Shown: piece by piece, positions 40,708 through 51,075 of the stretch
Layout of the letters: each line of letters starts with the position of its first letter
Numbering within the stretch: the first letter of the stretch is position 1
NCBI GenBank assembly: GCA_012295275.1
Contig: CM022668.1
Span: forward strand, 11,718,001 to 11,782,000
From: Chrysomallon squamiferum
Taxonomy: Eukaryota > Animalia > Mollusca
DNA length: 64,000 bases
Reading direction: 5' to 3'
Position numbers and translations under genes: made by a program
Notes under the pieces: generated by a model
Seen by the model: only the letters and a program-made list of their open reading frames with translations
Told to the model about the DNA's origin: nothing
Databases searched by the model: none

Positions 40708-41396
40708 ACAGATTAATAAACAGATTAGAAATGGCTGACTGATTGCACCTGAATTAAATAAATCAATATTTTATAGACTGCCGGGCGAGAAAGGACATCA
40801 CCTTCATTCTGGACTCGTCTTCGAGCGTGGGAGAAAGTAACTTCAAAGCGATGCTCGCCTACGTCGAAACCATCGTCAAAGACCTCACCAGAAACGGTCA
40901 CTCCGACCACGCCTTCTCACTGATCACCTACAACACCAAACCGACGCTCGTCTTCAGCTTGGGCCGCTACCACAACCCCGCCGACGTCGTCAGCGTCATC
41001 GAATCGACGAAGTACACCTACGGCTCCACCAACACCGCCGGAGCGCTGCGAACGGCAATCGAAGTGTTTTCCCCTGGCTTCGGCGAAAGGAGAGGTGCCG
41101 ACAACATCGCTATCCTCCTCACAGACGGCGAGTCGAACGTCAACTACCAGGACACCATCCCGGCGGCGACGGACCTGAAGAACATGGGCGTCAGAGTGGT
41201 GGCGGTCGGAATCGGTTTGACCAACACGGACGAGATTGACGCCATCGCTTCGAGCCGTAACGACGTGTACCAGGTGTCGTCGTTTGAGAATCTTGAGGAC
41301 ATCGCTGACGATCTTGTGAAAGATTCGTGCAAGACGGAGGAGGTACGAGCAATCAGGCGAGAATTCGAAGAAGAAGAAGAAGTATTAGCTGAGTAA
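262..41396 (+). CDS. Giant multi-vWA/EGF extracellular-matrix or adhesive-type protein (collagen VI/matrilin-like, no collagen helix visible), 5'-truncated by the window; 16 vWA + 4 EGF, about 3,350 aa visible
   Basis: Chain of GT-AG exons that splice in one continuous frame; vWA motifs (D-hydrophobic-F-x-LD-x-S-x-S, GSTNT, GDRP, ITDG, IYAIGIG); EGF Cys patterns; stop TAA at 41394-41396. Confidence 0.92.
1185..1748 (+). CDS. vWA exon 1 (MIDAS DASTS...T...TDG; Cys at both ends)
   Basis: tttaaag|gt tgt gaa gat; ends tgt gga c|gtaagt; 564 nt; overlaps ORF 1262..1756. Confidence 0.93.
2826..2864 (+). CDS. Linker microexon, 39 nt ([13 protein letters not shown])
   Basis: tttttcag|aa...gaaa|gtaaga; phase 1-1; ITLP paralogous to the 262-300 exon. 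Confidence 0.85.
3528..4094 (+). CDS. vWA exon 2 (DSSTS, intact MIDAS)
   Basis: attaaag|aa tgt ggt; ends tgt cca g|gtatgt; 567 nt. Confidence 0.93.
5190..5207 (+). CDS. Linker microexon, 18 nt (VATLEP)
   Basis: tttatttcag|tt gcc acc cta gaa cca a|gtaagt. Confidence 0.8.
5726..6292 (+). CDS. vWA exon 3 (DSSTS, intact MIDAS)
   Basis: atcag|aa tgc tca (an in-frame alternative AAG acceptor lies 6 nt upstream); ends tgt cca g|gtagaa; 567 nt. Confidence 0.92.
6350..6870. repeat. Degenerate intronic minisatellite, unit about 30-35 bp (aacatca...tattcagcaatgtctgttt)
   Basis: More than ten recurrences of ttcagcaatgt / ttaacatca seen by eye. Confidence 0.75.
8306..8326 (+). CDS. Linker microexon, 21 nt (GRTPKPT)
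   Basis: ctgttacag|ga cga aca cca aag cct act c|gtgagt. Confidence 0.85.
9219..9248 (+). CDS. Linker microexon, 30 nt ([10 protein letters not shown])
   Basis: catttcag|ca...cca g|gtgctt; shares the AGAACACCAG|GTGCTT end with the array linkers. Confidence 0.85.
9635..10201 (+). CDS. vWA exon 4 (array copy 1; MIDAS-degenerate DGTVD/MTGNE, no Cys)
   Basis: cttacag|tc tat aaa; ends gag aga g|gtataa; 567 nt. Confidence 0.93.
11421..11450 (+). CDS. Linker microexon, 30 nt ([10 protein letters not shown])
   Basis: ttcttttcag|ct caa cca act cct aaa cca aga aca cca g|gtgctt. Confidence 0.88.
11880..12446 (+). CDS. vWA exon 5 (array copy 2)
   Basis: Same boundaries as copy 1; ORF 11870..12463. Confidence 0.93.
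13493..13522 (+). CDS. Linker microexon, 30 nt ([10 protein letters not shown])
   Basis: atctttcag|ct...cca g|gtgctt. Confidence 0.88.
13975..14541 (+). CDS. vWA exon 6 (array copy 3)
   Basis: ccttacag|tc tct aaa; ends aga g|gtataa. Confidence 0.93.
15583..15612 (+). CDS. Linker microexon, 30 nt ([10 protein letters not shown])
   Basis: Identical to 13493-13522 with the same splice sites. Confidence 0.88.
16065..16631 (+). CDS. vWA exon 7 (array copy 4)
   Basis: Same boundaries; ORF 16043..16648. Confidence 0.93.
17689..17718 (+). CDS. Linker microexon, 30 nt ([10 protein letters not shown])
   Basis: Identical to 13493-13522. Confidence 0.88.
18171..18737 (+). CDS. vWA exon 8 (array copy 5)
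   Basis: Same boundaries; ORF 18149..18754. Confidence 0.93.
19868..19897 (+). CDS. Linker microexon, 30 nt ([10 protein letters not shown], type A like 11421)
   Basis: ttttcag|ct caa cca act cct...cca g|gtgctt. Confidence 0.88.
20447..21013 (+). CDS. vWA exon 9 (array copy 6, most diverged copy)
   Basis: cttacag|tc tat; ends aga g|gtatag. Confidence 0.93.
21468..21494 (+). CDS. Linker microexon, 27 nt (ARPTPRPAT)
   Basis: atttgcag|cc agg cca act cct cgt cca gca aca g|gtcaag. Confidence 0.8.
22784..22810 (+). CDS. Linker microexon, 27 nt (VAPTSPRTT)
   Basis: attacag|tg gct cca act tct cca aga acc aca g|gtgttt. Confidence 0.8.
23291..23857 (+). CDS. vWA exon 10 (older paralogue of the array type; DGTTN/MTANE, no Cys)
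   Basis: cgccag|ca tac atg gac; ends aga caa g|gtagta; 567 nt. Confidence 0.92.
23921..24025. repeat. 30-bp tandem repeat, about 3.5 copies (agcctatcccagatccagtg...)
   Basis: agatccagtg recurs every 30 bp. Confidence 0.8.
25247..25288 (+). CDS. Linker microexon, 42 nt ([14 protein letters not shown])
   Basis: tactaacatgcag|ct cga...aca c|gtaagc. Confidence 0.85.
25296..25420. repeat. 45-bp tandem repeat, about 3 copies, just after the microexon donor
   Basis: catgtaaaactta at 25316, 25361, 25406. Confidence 0.85.
25630..25647 (+). CDS. Linker microexon, 18 nt (PPPRTT)
   Basis: tttttcag|ca cca cca aga aca aca g|gtatgt. Confidence 0.85.
26165..26731 (+). CDS. vWA exon 11 (array-type paralogue; DGTVN/MTAKD, no Cys)
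   Basis: ctttcag|ct tac atg gac; ends aga tca g|gtgtgt; 567 nt. Confidence 0.92.
27457..27567 (+). CDS. Pro/Thr/Arg-rich linker exon, 111 nt ([37 protein letters not shown])
   Basis: ttccag|ct cca; ends ccc aca g|gtaact; phase 1-1. Confidence 0.88.
27615..28106. repeat. 54-bp minisatellite made from the 3' splice junction of the next exon
   Basis: aactgtacatcagctgaactg at 27694, 27748, 27802 and further degenerate copies; actgtacatca equals the first 11 nt of the exon at 28096. Confidence 0.88.
28096..28413 (+). CDS. vWA domain 12, first half (DSSGS)
   Basis: ttcactag|ac tgt aca tca aaa gga gac; ends aga cca g|gtaagt. Confidence 0.92.
28997..29245 (+). CDS. vWA domain 12, second half (ITDG...PLCT)
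   Basis: ttaacag|at gct cct; ends tgc aca g|gtgaga. Confidence 0.92.
29978..30091 (+). CDS. EGF-like domain exon 1
   Basis: [32 protein letters not shown]; tttacag| and |gtgagt. Confidence 0.93.
30582..31139 (+). CDS. vWA exon 13 (DSSNS, FTDG)
   Basis: cttaaag|ct tgt gga gga cct gct gac; ends gac a|gtaagt; 558 nt. Confidence 0.9.
32029..32037 (+). CDS. Candidate 9-nt microexon (adds Thr-Gly-Ala)
   Basis: Long T tract + tgttacag|ct ggt gca g|gtatga; phase 1-1; TGCATG cluster downstream. Confidence 0.65.
32542..32868. mobile_element. Degenerate Tc1/mariner (pogo/Tigger-like) MITE
   Basis: Imperfect TIRs cagattaaggatccattatccaaaa and ttttcagataaaggatcctcaatgtg; TA on the left and CA on the right. 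Family assignment is from remembered resemblance to Tigger termini, not from a search. Confidence 0.55.
33818..33931 (+). CDS. EGF-like domain exon 2
   Basis: [32 protein letters not shown]; NAGNAG acceptor cagaag; |gtaagt. Confidence 0.93.
34360..34472 (+). mobile_element. Possible decayed invertebrate SINE fragment
   Basis: ccagccagtg...caaaggctgtggt...tcct resembles a conserved invertebrate SINE central domain as I recall it; not verified by search. Confidence 0.3.
34648..34879 (+). CDS. vWA domain 14 part 1 (basic, degenerate MIDAS DKSRY)
   Basis: cctccag|gt tgt att gga; ends gga ata ag|gtgacg (phase 2). Confidence 0.88.
34905..36050. repeat. Degenerate minisatellite, about 40-bp unit (cactggaataatgtaatttatgtaa...), interrupted by a TIR element
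   Basis: ctggaataa and gtaatttatgtaa recur on both sides of 35055-35736. Confidence 0.7.
35055..35736. mobile_element. Non-autonomous DNA transposon (682 bp) with long imperfect TIRs and 4-bp TSD GTAA; Sola2-like by termini
   Basis: Left ggatcattccgtgtcaaatcaccc vs reverse complement of right end gggtcattctgtgtcaaatcaccc (22/24); inner IR accgtctcagatttttatgaa; GTAA at 35051-54 and 35737-40; no ORF. Confidence 0.85.
36315..36505 (+). CDS. vWA domain 14 part 2
   Basis: atactag|g aaa tct (phase 2); ...KIIGI g|gtatgt. Confidence 0.88.
37354..37491 (+). CDS. vWA domain 14 part 3 (GVGLVG...DFVCE)
   Basis: ttttacag|gt gtt ggc; ends tgt gaa g|gtaagt. Confidence 0.88.
37794..37889 (+). CDS. EGF-like domain exon 3 (only five Cys, 96 nt)
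   Basis: atcacag|at cca tgt ctg aac ggt gga; [32 protein letters not shown]; |gtaagt. Confidence 0.88.
38312..38644 (+). CDS. vWA domain 15 part 1 (DSSGS)
   Basis: tttccag|gt tgc aac gac; ends aac ttt g|gtatga. Confidence 0.92.
39200..39430 (+). CDS. vWA domain 15 part 2 (ITDG...ATCR)
   Basis: attacag|ct ata atc atc act gac gga; ends aga g|gtatgt. Confidence 0.92.
40145..40258 (+). CDS. EGF-like domain exon 4
   Basis: [38 protein letters not shown]; tttcag| and |gtactt. Confidence 0.93.
   Translation: MLESVLMILVLMEVSVFPLLVIIDVNVPLDSLGRTVN
40777..41396 (+). CDS. Terminal exon: vWA domain 16 (DSSSS, LTDG) + acidic tail
   Basis: tttatag|ac tgc cgg; ORF to TAA 41394-41396. Confidence 0.9.
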
Positions 41397-41797
41397 AAAG
41401 AAAATATGAACCAAAAAAAACAACAACTAAAAACTACAAAAAAAAAAAAAACTGAGTTTAATAATTTTTATTATTTTTTAATTTCTGTATTTTACTGTGT
41501 GGTGTTTGTTACTTTATTAAATAGGTGAGGAAAGAACTGTTAATATTTTCAGTGTCGTCAAAATAGATCGAGTCTGTACAGAGTTTTGACAAGAACTGTG
41601 TATCTCTTTAGTTGGGTGTTTTTTTTTTTTTTTTTTTTTCACGCGCACACACACGCACATATCGTCTGTTCAAATCAAGAGGAAATGTCGACTAGACAGC
41701 ACAAACAATGGCAGATTTGTATACGTAGATGTGTGATTGCGTGTGTTGTTACTACTCATATATCAATGAACTATTTCTGCGTGATGTTTATAGTATT

Positions 41798-41803
41798 AAT
41801 AAA
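41798..41803 (+). terminator. Candidate polyadenylation signal of the vWA gene
   Basis: AATAAA about 400 nt after the stop; other candidates near 42030-42090. Confidence 0.35.
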
Positions 41804-42883
41804 ATTAAAAATGTTCATTCATCTTCAGTGATATATGGAGTTATTTAATATGCCGGATGAATATTTGGTTTTGTTTTAAAACGTCCATATCAAATTTTTA
41901 TACAATAATTAATTTGATATTATTTTCAGCCAACGAATATGATACAGCTTTCAAACTAAGGGTTTAATTGTATTGTTAAATAATTTGGTATCTTCCAACG
42001 CAAATAACATGTATTATTTTCAGTCATCATAAATAAATTTAGTGCTTTTTTCTTTTTTTTTTGATACATGTTATATTTTGAAATAAAAATAATTAATTTG
42101 GTATTGTTTTTAACATTTGCAACGAATTACGAATTTTTGTGACAACGAAATTTTCTTTATTTTCTAATATCCATAACCAGGTGGTATTTTGTAACATCGT
42201 CAACGAATTTGATTATAATTTTTATACGTGGAGAATTTATCATTGCTTTCTAATCATGTCAAAGAATTTGCTGATTAAATTATATCCGAAGCTGAGAGAA
42301 AACAGACAACTTGTCAACCAGTCGCAGCATCAGTGATTTTACAGGAGTCAGACTATTTTGATTAGACACAATATCTTCATAGTAAGTTTATCTAGAAGTA
42401 AGCATCGTTTATTGTTAGATGTAAGAAATAATATTTTAAATAATTTCTAATAAAGAAGATGAACAATTTTAAAAGTTGTTTGTGTTTTGTTGTTGTTGGT
42501 TTTTTTTTTTTTGTTGTTGGTTTTTTTGCGGTTGTTGATGGTGATGGTTGTATTTCAAGAATCGTAAGCAAGATCAAGTTAAGGAATCTTTATTGTTTAC
42601 ACAGATATATAGATAGATAAACATATAGTATATACATAAAGAAAAACTAACATCACTGATAATCATAACAAATACCAAATGATTTAGCGCACAAGATGAA
42701 TAAGAAACTTCGATGGATAAGTTGGTTGTAATTACACTTAAAAAAAGAAATGAACTTCATAACACACACATACACAGAGAGAGAGAGAGTCATTATTATT
42801 ACTATATTTTATCATTGTTATCATTATTATTACTATCATTGCCATTATTGTTATCGCTTTTATTATTATTACTGTTCTTATTA

Positions 42884-42934
<51 letters not shown>

Positions 42935-43407
42935 TATTATTATTATTATTGTTATTGTTACAGCAGTGCATGTTATCTGCAGTAGCGTGACTTTGTTACG
43001 AACAGGTGTTAAATTTCTGCTAATCTTGTTATTAATTATCAGTGAACTTGTTATCATAATACAGAATTTCACATTTAACGACTCAGGTAAAAAAAAAAAA
43101 ATGTACTTTATTATTTCAGTAGCTGTAAAGCAATTCTTATTCAGAGACACATATAATTACATATATATATTCATAAATATAAAAAATACATTCAGACGTA
43201 CATAAATATATTTACATACGAACGTACGTATTTATGTTTCTATATACCAATTTTTCTGTGTATTTTAAATGCAATGTAAACATACAGGCATTTATTTTAA
43301 ACAGTAATATAAAAAAGGAATGCATTTTGTGAATTTAAGGGAAAAGAAATTAACAAGAAAAAAAAAAAAAAAAAGGACATGTCAACACAGTGAAAAGAAA
43401 ATCACAG

Positions 43408-43485
<78 letters not shown>

Positions 43486-43599
43486 AATTTCTAAATGTCC
43501 AAAAGCTGCTGAAAACTTTGCTTTTAATTTTAGATTACACATCGATTCTAAAACTACCTGATACAATAAAAAAAATAAACTAAGAAGATAGGAAAACAG

Positions 43600-43890
43600 A
43601 TTTTCTTCCCGTTTCTCTTGCAGACCACTGCTTTCATCTGAATGATTAATAATTTCCGTGTTGTACTTTGTGGCTTCGTGTTTTAATCAACGCAACGTGA
43701 AACGTCTGGCAATGTTTGGCTTATCACGTGGCCTAGTATTAAGAAAAACCGCTTTATCGCCCTTGACCTACCACAGATCATAGTATACGTAATTCGGTTG
43801 AAAGAAAAAAAAGTGAAAAATGTTTTAGTAAGATTTTCAGTAGAACGAAGAACGTTCACTTAAAATCTGCTGTGGACATTTTTTGTAAAG
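43600..43890 (+). promoter_or_regulatory. Candidate promoter and non-coding first exon of the ZIP gene
   Basis: Locally CpG-rich non-repetitive stretch with CACGTG at 43725-43730, ending in a strong donor aag|gtaggt; the ATG exon at 45445 begins with an acceptor. Confidence 0.45.
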
Positions 43891-44008
43891 GTAGGTAACA
43901 GTTTAAATATACAGATTGAATGTTGTTGTTTTTTATTGTTGTTGGTTGTGTTTGTTTTTTCTGTTTTTTTTTTAATTTATTTATTTATTTTTTTTTTTTT
44001 ATTTTACA

Positions 44009-44057
<49 letters not shown>

Positions 44058-44211
44058 TTTATTTTTGTTGTTAGGTTTTTTATTTTTTATTTTGTTAATG
44101 GATAATGATAAATGTAGTTATTATTTATTATTGTTATTATATCACTGCACTAGAAGTAGAAATACTTCTTTGCATTATTATTATGACTTTTATTAGTAGT
44201 AGTAGTATATC

Positions 44212-44259
<48 letters not shown>

Positions 44260-45454
44260 CATCGTTATCGTCATCATATTCATTGTTGTTATTGTTATTA
44301 TTATAATTTTGTTTTTATATCAACATTGGACTCAAAATAACGCCTAAGTTCATTTAAAGAAAGAAAAAAAAACGGAAATAACGGTGTCACGAAATTACGT
44401 GTCTAGAAATAAATTCCACTCGATCGCTATGTTTGCATAGCCTCTATTACCGTGCTCTCCTAATCTCGTGTACATGTGAACTTGTTAAGTCTTGCCACAA
44501 ACAACTAACTCCTTGCCCTTATTTGTTAAAACAAAAGATAAGCTGAAAGTTCTTAAACTTAGAAGAATATTTATTACCGATTTTTTTTTTTTAATTATTA
44601 AAACTAATTTGTAATCAGAAGTTCAGAGATTTGTGTAATCGTTTGGTACACTTGCTTAAATGATATTGATAATAATAACAGAATAAAAAACAACAACAAC
44701 AACAATAATAACAATATTAATAATAATAATAATAATAACAGTAACAACAGAACTAGTACTAGTAGAACAACAATAACACAGTAATAACCATGATTCTAGC
44801 AACAAAAACAACAACAACAGAGTAAATATTCACTTATTTGATAAATAAATTGGGTGTTAATTTTTTTGTTCATTCATTCATTCATGTTTTAGTCTAGCTT
44901 ACATGCATATATTGGCAGATCGTTGTATGAATATTCAAAACTTAGAAAGAAAAATGGTTAAAATCAATACTGGCATGCTTTAAATAGCAAAATTGTTTAC
45001 ATTTACCTGGAAAAAAAAACTAATAAATAAATAAAAATAACCATCATACCTTGCGTTCGTGTAGAAAACACAGCGTTTCGGTGTCACCTATTATGACGTC
45101 AAACCATTATCGACGTAATCTTGTCGTAACATGTCGGAGATTAACGAATAGAACTAAAAATAGTTTATCTAATAATTAACTTATATAATCTGGTGGTGTG
45201 ATATACGTTACTACTACTACTGCTACTGCTACTGCTGCTACTACTATACTGCTACTACTACTACAACTGCTACTGCTACTAATACTACTACTGCCATTAC
45301 TACTACTACAACTGCCTGTAGTAGTAGTAGTAGTAGTTGTAGTATTGCTGTTGTTGTTGTTGTCATTCTATATGCTGTGATGAAGACAAGCAAATTAAAG
45401 GCACATTACCAAAAACAATAAAACTTTCATTTTGCATTTTTCAGATAAACAATA

Positions 45455-45706
45455 ATGTTTCGAGTTTTCGTCATATTTTCTCTGGTTCAAGTCTCGACGT
45501 CAGATCATCACAACATCCATAACTCGTGTAACCGCGATAATTACCGTGGTGTCAGTTTGGAAGAAATCTCGTCTGCTCTAGGCGATGACGTCAGCAGCAA
45601 GACGTCTGCGAGAATAAAAATGGTGGATCTCGTTCTGAAAGGTTTCGACTGCGAATCCAGGCTAGCTCGTATTACGTGTAAAGAAAAAGTTCCAAATTGC
45701 GAAATG
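45455..45706 (+). CDS. ZIP coding exon 1 ([16 protein letters not shown]...PNCEM)
   Basis: Acceptor at 45444, ATG 45455, hydrophobic N-terminus; donor atg|gtttgt is tentative. Confidence 0.7.
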
Positions 45707-45769
45707 GTTTGTACAGAATTAATTTATAATGATGATTAATAATAATGATGACAATTATTATTACTATTA

Positions 45770-45804
<35 letters not shown>

Positions 45805-46988
45805 GGTGGTGGTGGGTGATGGTGGTGATGACTGTAGTAGTGATGGTGATGGTAGTGGGAGCCATTGGTTTGGGTATAGCGTCGTGACAATGTTGTCGTA
45901 GTTGTTGATGGTGGTGGTGGTGGTGGTGAGATTAATATATGTCAGTTTGTATTTAGAATAATGAATGTGGGTATATATAAATGGGTAACAATATACGTGT
46001 GTCTACGTATCTATGTCTGTGTGTGTGTGTTTGTGTCTGTACATACATATATACACATGCATTTCTAAATATGTGCTTCTGATTCGGTGTTTGTTGTCTT
46101 TTTTTCTTTCTCTCTATTCTTCTGTTCATTTCATTCTCTCTTCGTTCAAATTTCTGTTTTTTTGTTTTTATTTCAGTTGTTTTGTTTTTTTCTGTTTTTT
46201 TTATGAATGTAATCAACGTCACAGAATCCGAATTTAAAATTTTAAATATCTGTTTCAGTTGCCATTAACGTCACAGAATCGAGAAGAATTTAACTTACTT
46301 GCCATTACGTGCTTTTGCCGCTGGCCTTAAACTCAAAACATTTTCTTGTCACAAGAATTTGCTGAAGAATATTACGGACATTAAAAGCCACCTTCGTCTT
46401 CAAGAATTATGCTCGAGCAGAGACTATCAGCACTTCAGGTCTAGTTTTAATAGCATTTTCGAAAACACAGCGTCGCTTTGGAAACCGGAACTTTTGCGAG
46501 ATGATGTCTGGAACCGGAAATCTTCAAATTCAGTGTTTATAAACGAGCGAAAGGTAAAATAAGTTTATATTTGTTTATATTATTTAAAAAAAAAAAAAAA
46601 AAAAATTATTTAATTAAGTTCTGAAGATGAAAATGGTGCGTGTGTGTGTGTGTGTGTGTGTCTGTTTGTGTATGTATACAGAAACCACGCACACACACAC
46701 ACAAACACACAATACATACATATATATTGTACGTTTGTTTCTATTATGTATTTGTATTCTTATTAATTTATTCATTGCTGCTGTTGTGATTGTGATGATG
46801 TTGATCCTAACGTAAATGAATGTTGTTAATGATGTTGTTGCTACATTTATTTTATTAACAGTATTACTGTTACGACGACGACAACTACTACTACTAGTAC
46901 TAATGTAATGATTATCATTATAATTATGTTTATTATTGTTGCTATTATTATTATTATTATCATTATTATTATTATTATTATTATCATG

Positions 46989-47076
<88 letters not shown>

Positions 47077-47409
47077 TTATTACAGTGTATTGAGAAATGG
47101 CCATTTATCCACTATTTGCCGCATCACCATTCTAACAAACGACTTTGCGAAGAAACACCTTCAATTCTAGAAAACATGATGATCAGAATAGTGGCGCTTC
47201 TCCTTCAAGGTTTTAACTTTTATTTATTTATTAATTAATTCATTTATTTATTTACTTATTTATTTATTTATTTATTTATTTATTCATTTATTTATTTATT
47301 TATTTATTTATTTTATTCTTTCTTTCTTTCATTCGCTTTTTCCTTTAATTTGGTGCATTGGTTGGACGTTTATCGGTCAGTTTGGTTTGGTTTGTTTCTT
47401 GTTTATTTT

Positions 47410-47498
<89 letters not shown>

Positions 47499-48288
47499 AG
47501 TATCTTGCTTTCAGTTCTCTTACGTTTGCACGTACGTATATCAGCAACGGACGTAATATTTACAAGAGTATGCTAACACACATATCGATACCGTTTTATC
47601 CATAATCAGCGAAAGGTTTTGACATTAACTAAGTACTCGATTAGGTCACAGAAAGCTTCTTATCACTGAGAACACACCGTGAAGCAAACGTTGCTGTTGA
47701 AAAGATTTACGCTATCTTTGTAACAGAGCAGAAGGTGATTTTCTCACCTACGCCCTTTTTAGATACTGATTTACTTATTTACAGTGCATAAGACAGAACA
47801 TGCGCTGTTTTTATATCAGCCTGATATCATGATGATGGTGATGATGATGATAACAATAACAACAACAACAACAATAATAATAATAATAAAAATAATAATA
47901 ATAATAATACATTGTCAGTAATAATAATAATAATGATGATGACTATGGTAATAATAATAATGATAATAATAATAATAAATATTATTGTTGTTAATACTTT
48001 TATTATTATTACTCTTATTATTATTGTTGTTTGTGATTATTGTTGTTATTGTTATTGTTATTACTGTTATTGCTGTTAATTGTTATTCATGTTTTGTTAT
48101 TATAACGCTGCTGTTGTTTTGTTGGTACTGTTGTTATTATCGTGGTTCTTTTTAATGCTATTGTTTGTTTTACTTTATGTGTTATGGTTCTCATTCTAAC
48201 ACTATTACAATTCTTGTTGTTTCGTCATCACGGTTTATCATTGTTGTTTTTGCCATCGTCGTATTAGTGAAATCAGTCATTACTGTCG

Positions 48289-48379
<91 letters not shown>

Positions 48380-48561
48380 CAGTAGCAGTAGTGGTGGTAG
48401 TAGTAGTAGCAGTAGCAGTAGTAGTAGTTATAGAGCAGTAGTAGTAGTATTACTTCTACTGCTCCTATTACTTTATCAACATCTTCATTATCTTTATCAA
48501 AATCACTATCACCATCATCGACGTCATCATTCTTTTTCTCCTTTTTTCTTCTTCTTCTTCA

Positions 48562-48603
<42 letters not shown>

Positions 48604-49831
48604 AGGAAATCAGATTTTGTCCAAAGGGTCAAGGTGTCCACTTGATTACACTCTGGACATGTTTAAACTGTATGGACGTCATCACAACCACACCAAATGC
48701 GACGACACTCTTTACATGACGACGTCAGGTTGGTTTTGTGTTCTTAATATTTCCCGATCCAGCCTCAGACTCATTATTTCTTTGTCAGTTGCCACTGTGT
48801 GATCCTGTCTAAGGGAAGGTGTTATTTTAAAATACTTTATTGCTAATAAGTAAGAAAATCCGTCGGATGAAGCTCATCATTATTCTTTTGTTTTCTAATC
48901 TTTACTCAAACAATTATTACGATAGAAGATATTATATTGTTACATAATCTCTGTTGTAAAATAAATGTTCGTTAATTAAAATAAATTTTAACCTTTGATA
49001 GATATCGACAAGTTGCTGCATGATGCGGAAACACAGAATCGTCACTGTCGCGAACATTCTCACCAGAAACCACACCATGACGAATTTCCTCAGCCCGGTA
49101 ACTCCCATTGGCCAGAATACAAAACAGACTGGTCACATGACAGACACGGAGAATCTCACAACGATAATCATCATTCGCCTCGTCACCATGACAAACGAAG
49201 CGTGTGGGAGGAGCCAGAAGAACGAACAGCCAATGAAAGAAGTCGAAACAAATTCGCTTGGGTTCCGATTCAAGTTGGTTACAGAAAACATTTGCCTGGT
49301 GAAACGGTATGTTTTTTTTTTTTTTTTTTTTTTCTTTTTGGATGAGTGATTGACTGACTGACTGATTTGTTTATTTGTTTATTTATTTATTTATTTATTT
49401 ATATATTTATTTATGTTTGTTTGTTTGTTTGTTTGTTTGTTTGTTTGTTTGTTTGTTTGTTTGTTTGTTTATCAAATGAAGATTTTTTTTTTTTTCATAA
49501 ATAAATAACCTATTCTTTTTATTTACTTTCTGTTTTTCAGCTAGCAAATGCTGAACAGGTTATGAAAACATTTTTCCACACCGCACGACACAATGTTTCT
49601 GTGATGGACTTTTATGACATATGCCCCTCCCTTCTTCATCACATTTTGTTTGCGTCATCACAGTTTGGTCGTCTGAAGCCACGCCCTCCCTTTTCAAAAC
49701 CCGATCAGTCAGTTGTAACTCCGCCTCATGCTAATCTGACTGCACTGAAACACACGCCCACAAAGGCAGAAGGTAATGTATACGGAAACTTTTTTTTGTA
49801 ATTATAAGCTTTTTAACTTTGTTATTATTAT

Positions 49832-49879
<48 letters not shown>

Positions 49880-50591
49880 AAAAAAGAACTGGGTTTTTTT
49901 GTTGAATAAAAATATTTATGTTATTTATTAAATACTACTATATACAGTTGACAAAACGCAGGTAATAATGAATCGACAAACAGACAGTGTTTGAATGAAT
50001 GTATTAATGAAGGGATTAAATTATTACATTAAAAGTAAAAAAGGATTGGTCTTTGAAATTTAGAAATTAATTTTGTTATTTTTTAAAACGATCTTTATAT
50101 CATTAAAATGAAATGAAAATGATGGTGACTATGAGAAGAAACAAAGAAAGAAAAAGTTTCGTCAAAGAATATTAATCACATATTAACAAATACCCTTTAA
50201 AATAACAAACAAAACAAAACTAACTAACTAACAAAGATCCTTTAAAATAACAAACAAACAAACTAACTAACTAACAAAGATCCTTTAAAATAATAAACAA
50301 ACATTAAACTTTATATCATTAAAATGAAATGAAAATGATGGTGACTATGAGAAGAAACAAAGAAAGAAAAAGTTTCGTCAAAGAATATTAATCACATATT
50401 AACAAATACCCTTTAAAATAACAAACAAAACAAAACTAACTAACTAACAAAGATCCTTTAAAATAACAAACAAACAAACTAACTAACTAACAAAGATCCT
50501 TTAAAATAATAAACAAACAAACTAACAAAAAAAATAAACAAAATAAACCAAAAGACATATAAATTATTAAATAATTAAATAAAAAAAAAAA

Positions 50592-50623
<32 letters not shown>

Positions 50624-51017
50624 AAAATGTCGCTCGACAATTTTGAAGTGCCTGTTCTTTTTTTGCTCAGTATACTGTGCTATTTTATAGTTTACGGTTA
50701 TGGGTCGTTGTCGGTTCTTCTGATTAGTCTGTGTTCTGTGGTTGGCGCGTTCTTCATAAAAATAACAAAGGGAGAGATACGTCATTACATCATGGCGGGG
50801 ATGTTGGCGCTGGGGATAGGAAATCTGTGCGGAGACGCCGTGCTTCATCTTCTTCCTGAGGTTAGCAACGTCTTTGGAATTTTTATAGGCTAGATTTTAG
50901 CTTTACGTTTTAGAACGACGCGCATCAGTTGTAGCTGAGATATGTAGAGATTAATAAAAAAAAGCATTAATTTATAATTAGTTTAATAGCATTTTGTAAC
51001 TTTAAATATATTAAGAG

Positions 51018-51075
<58 letters not shown>

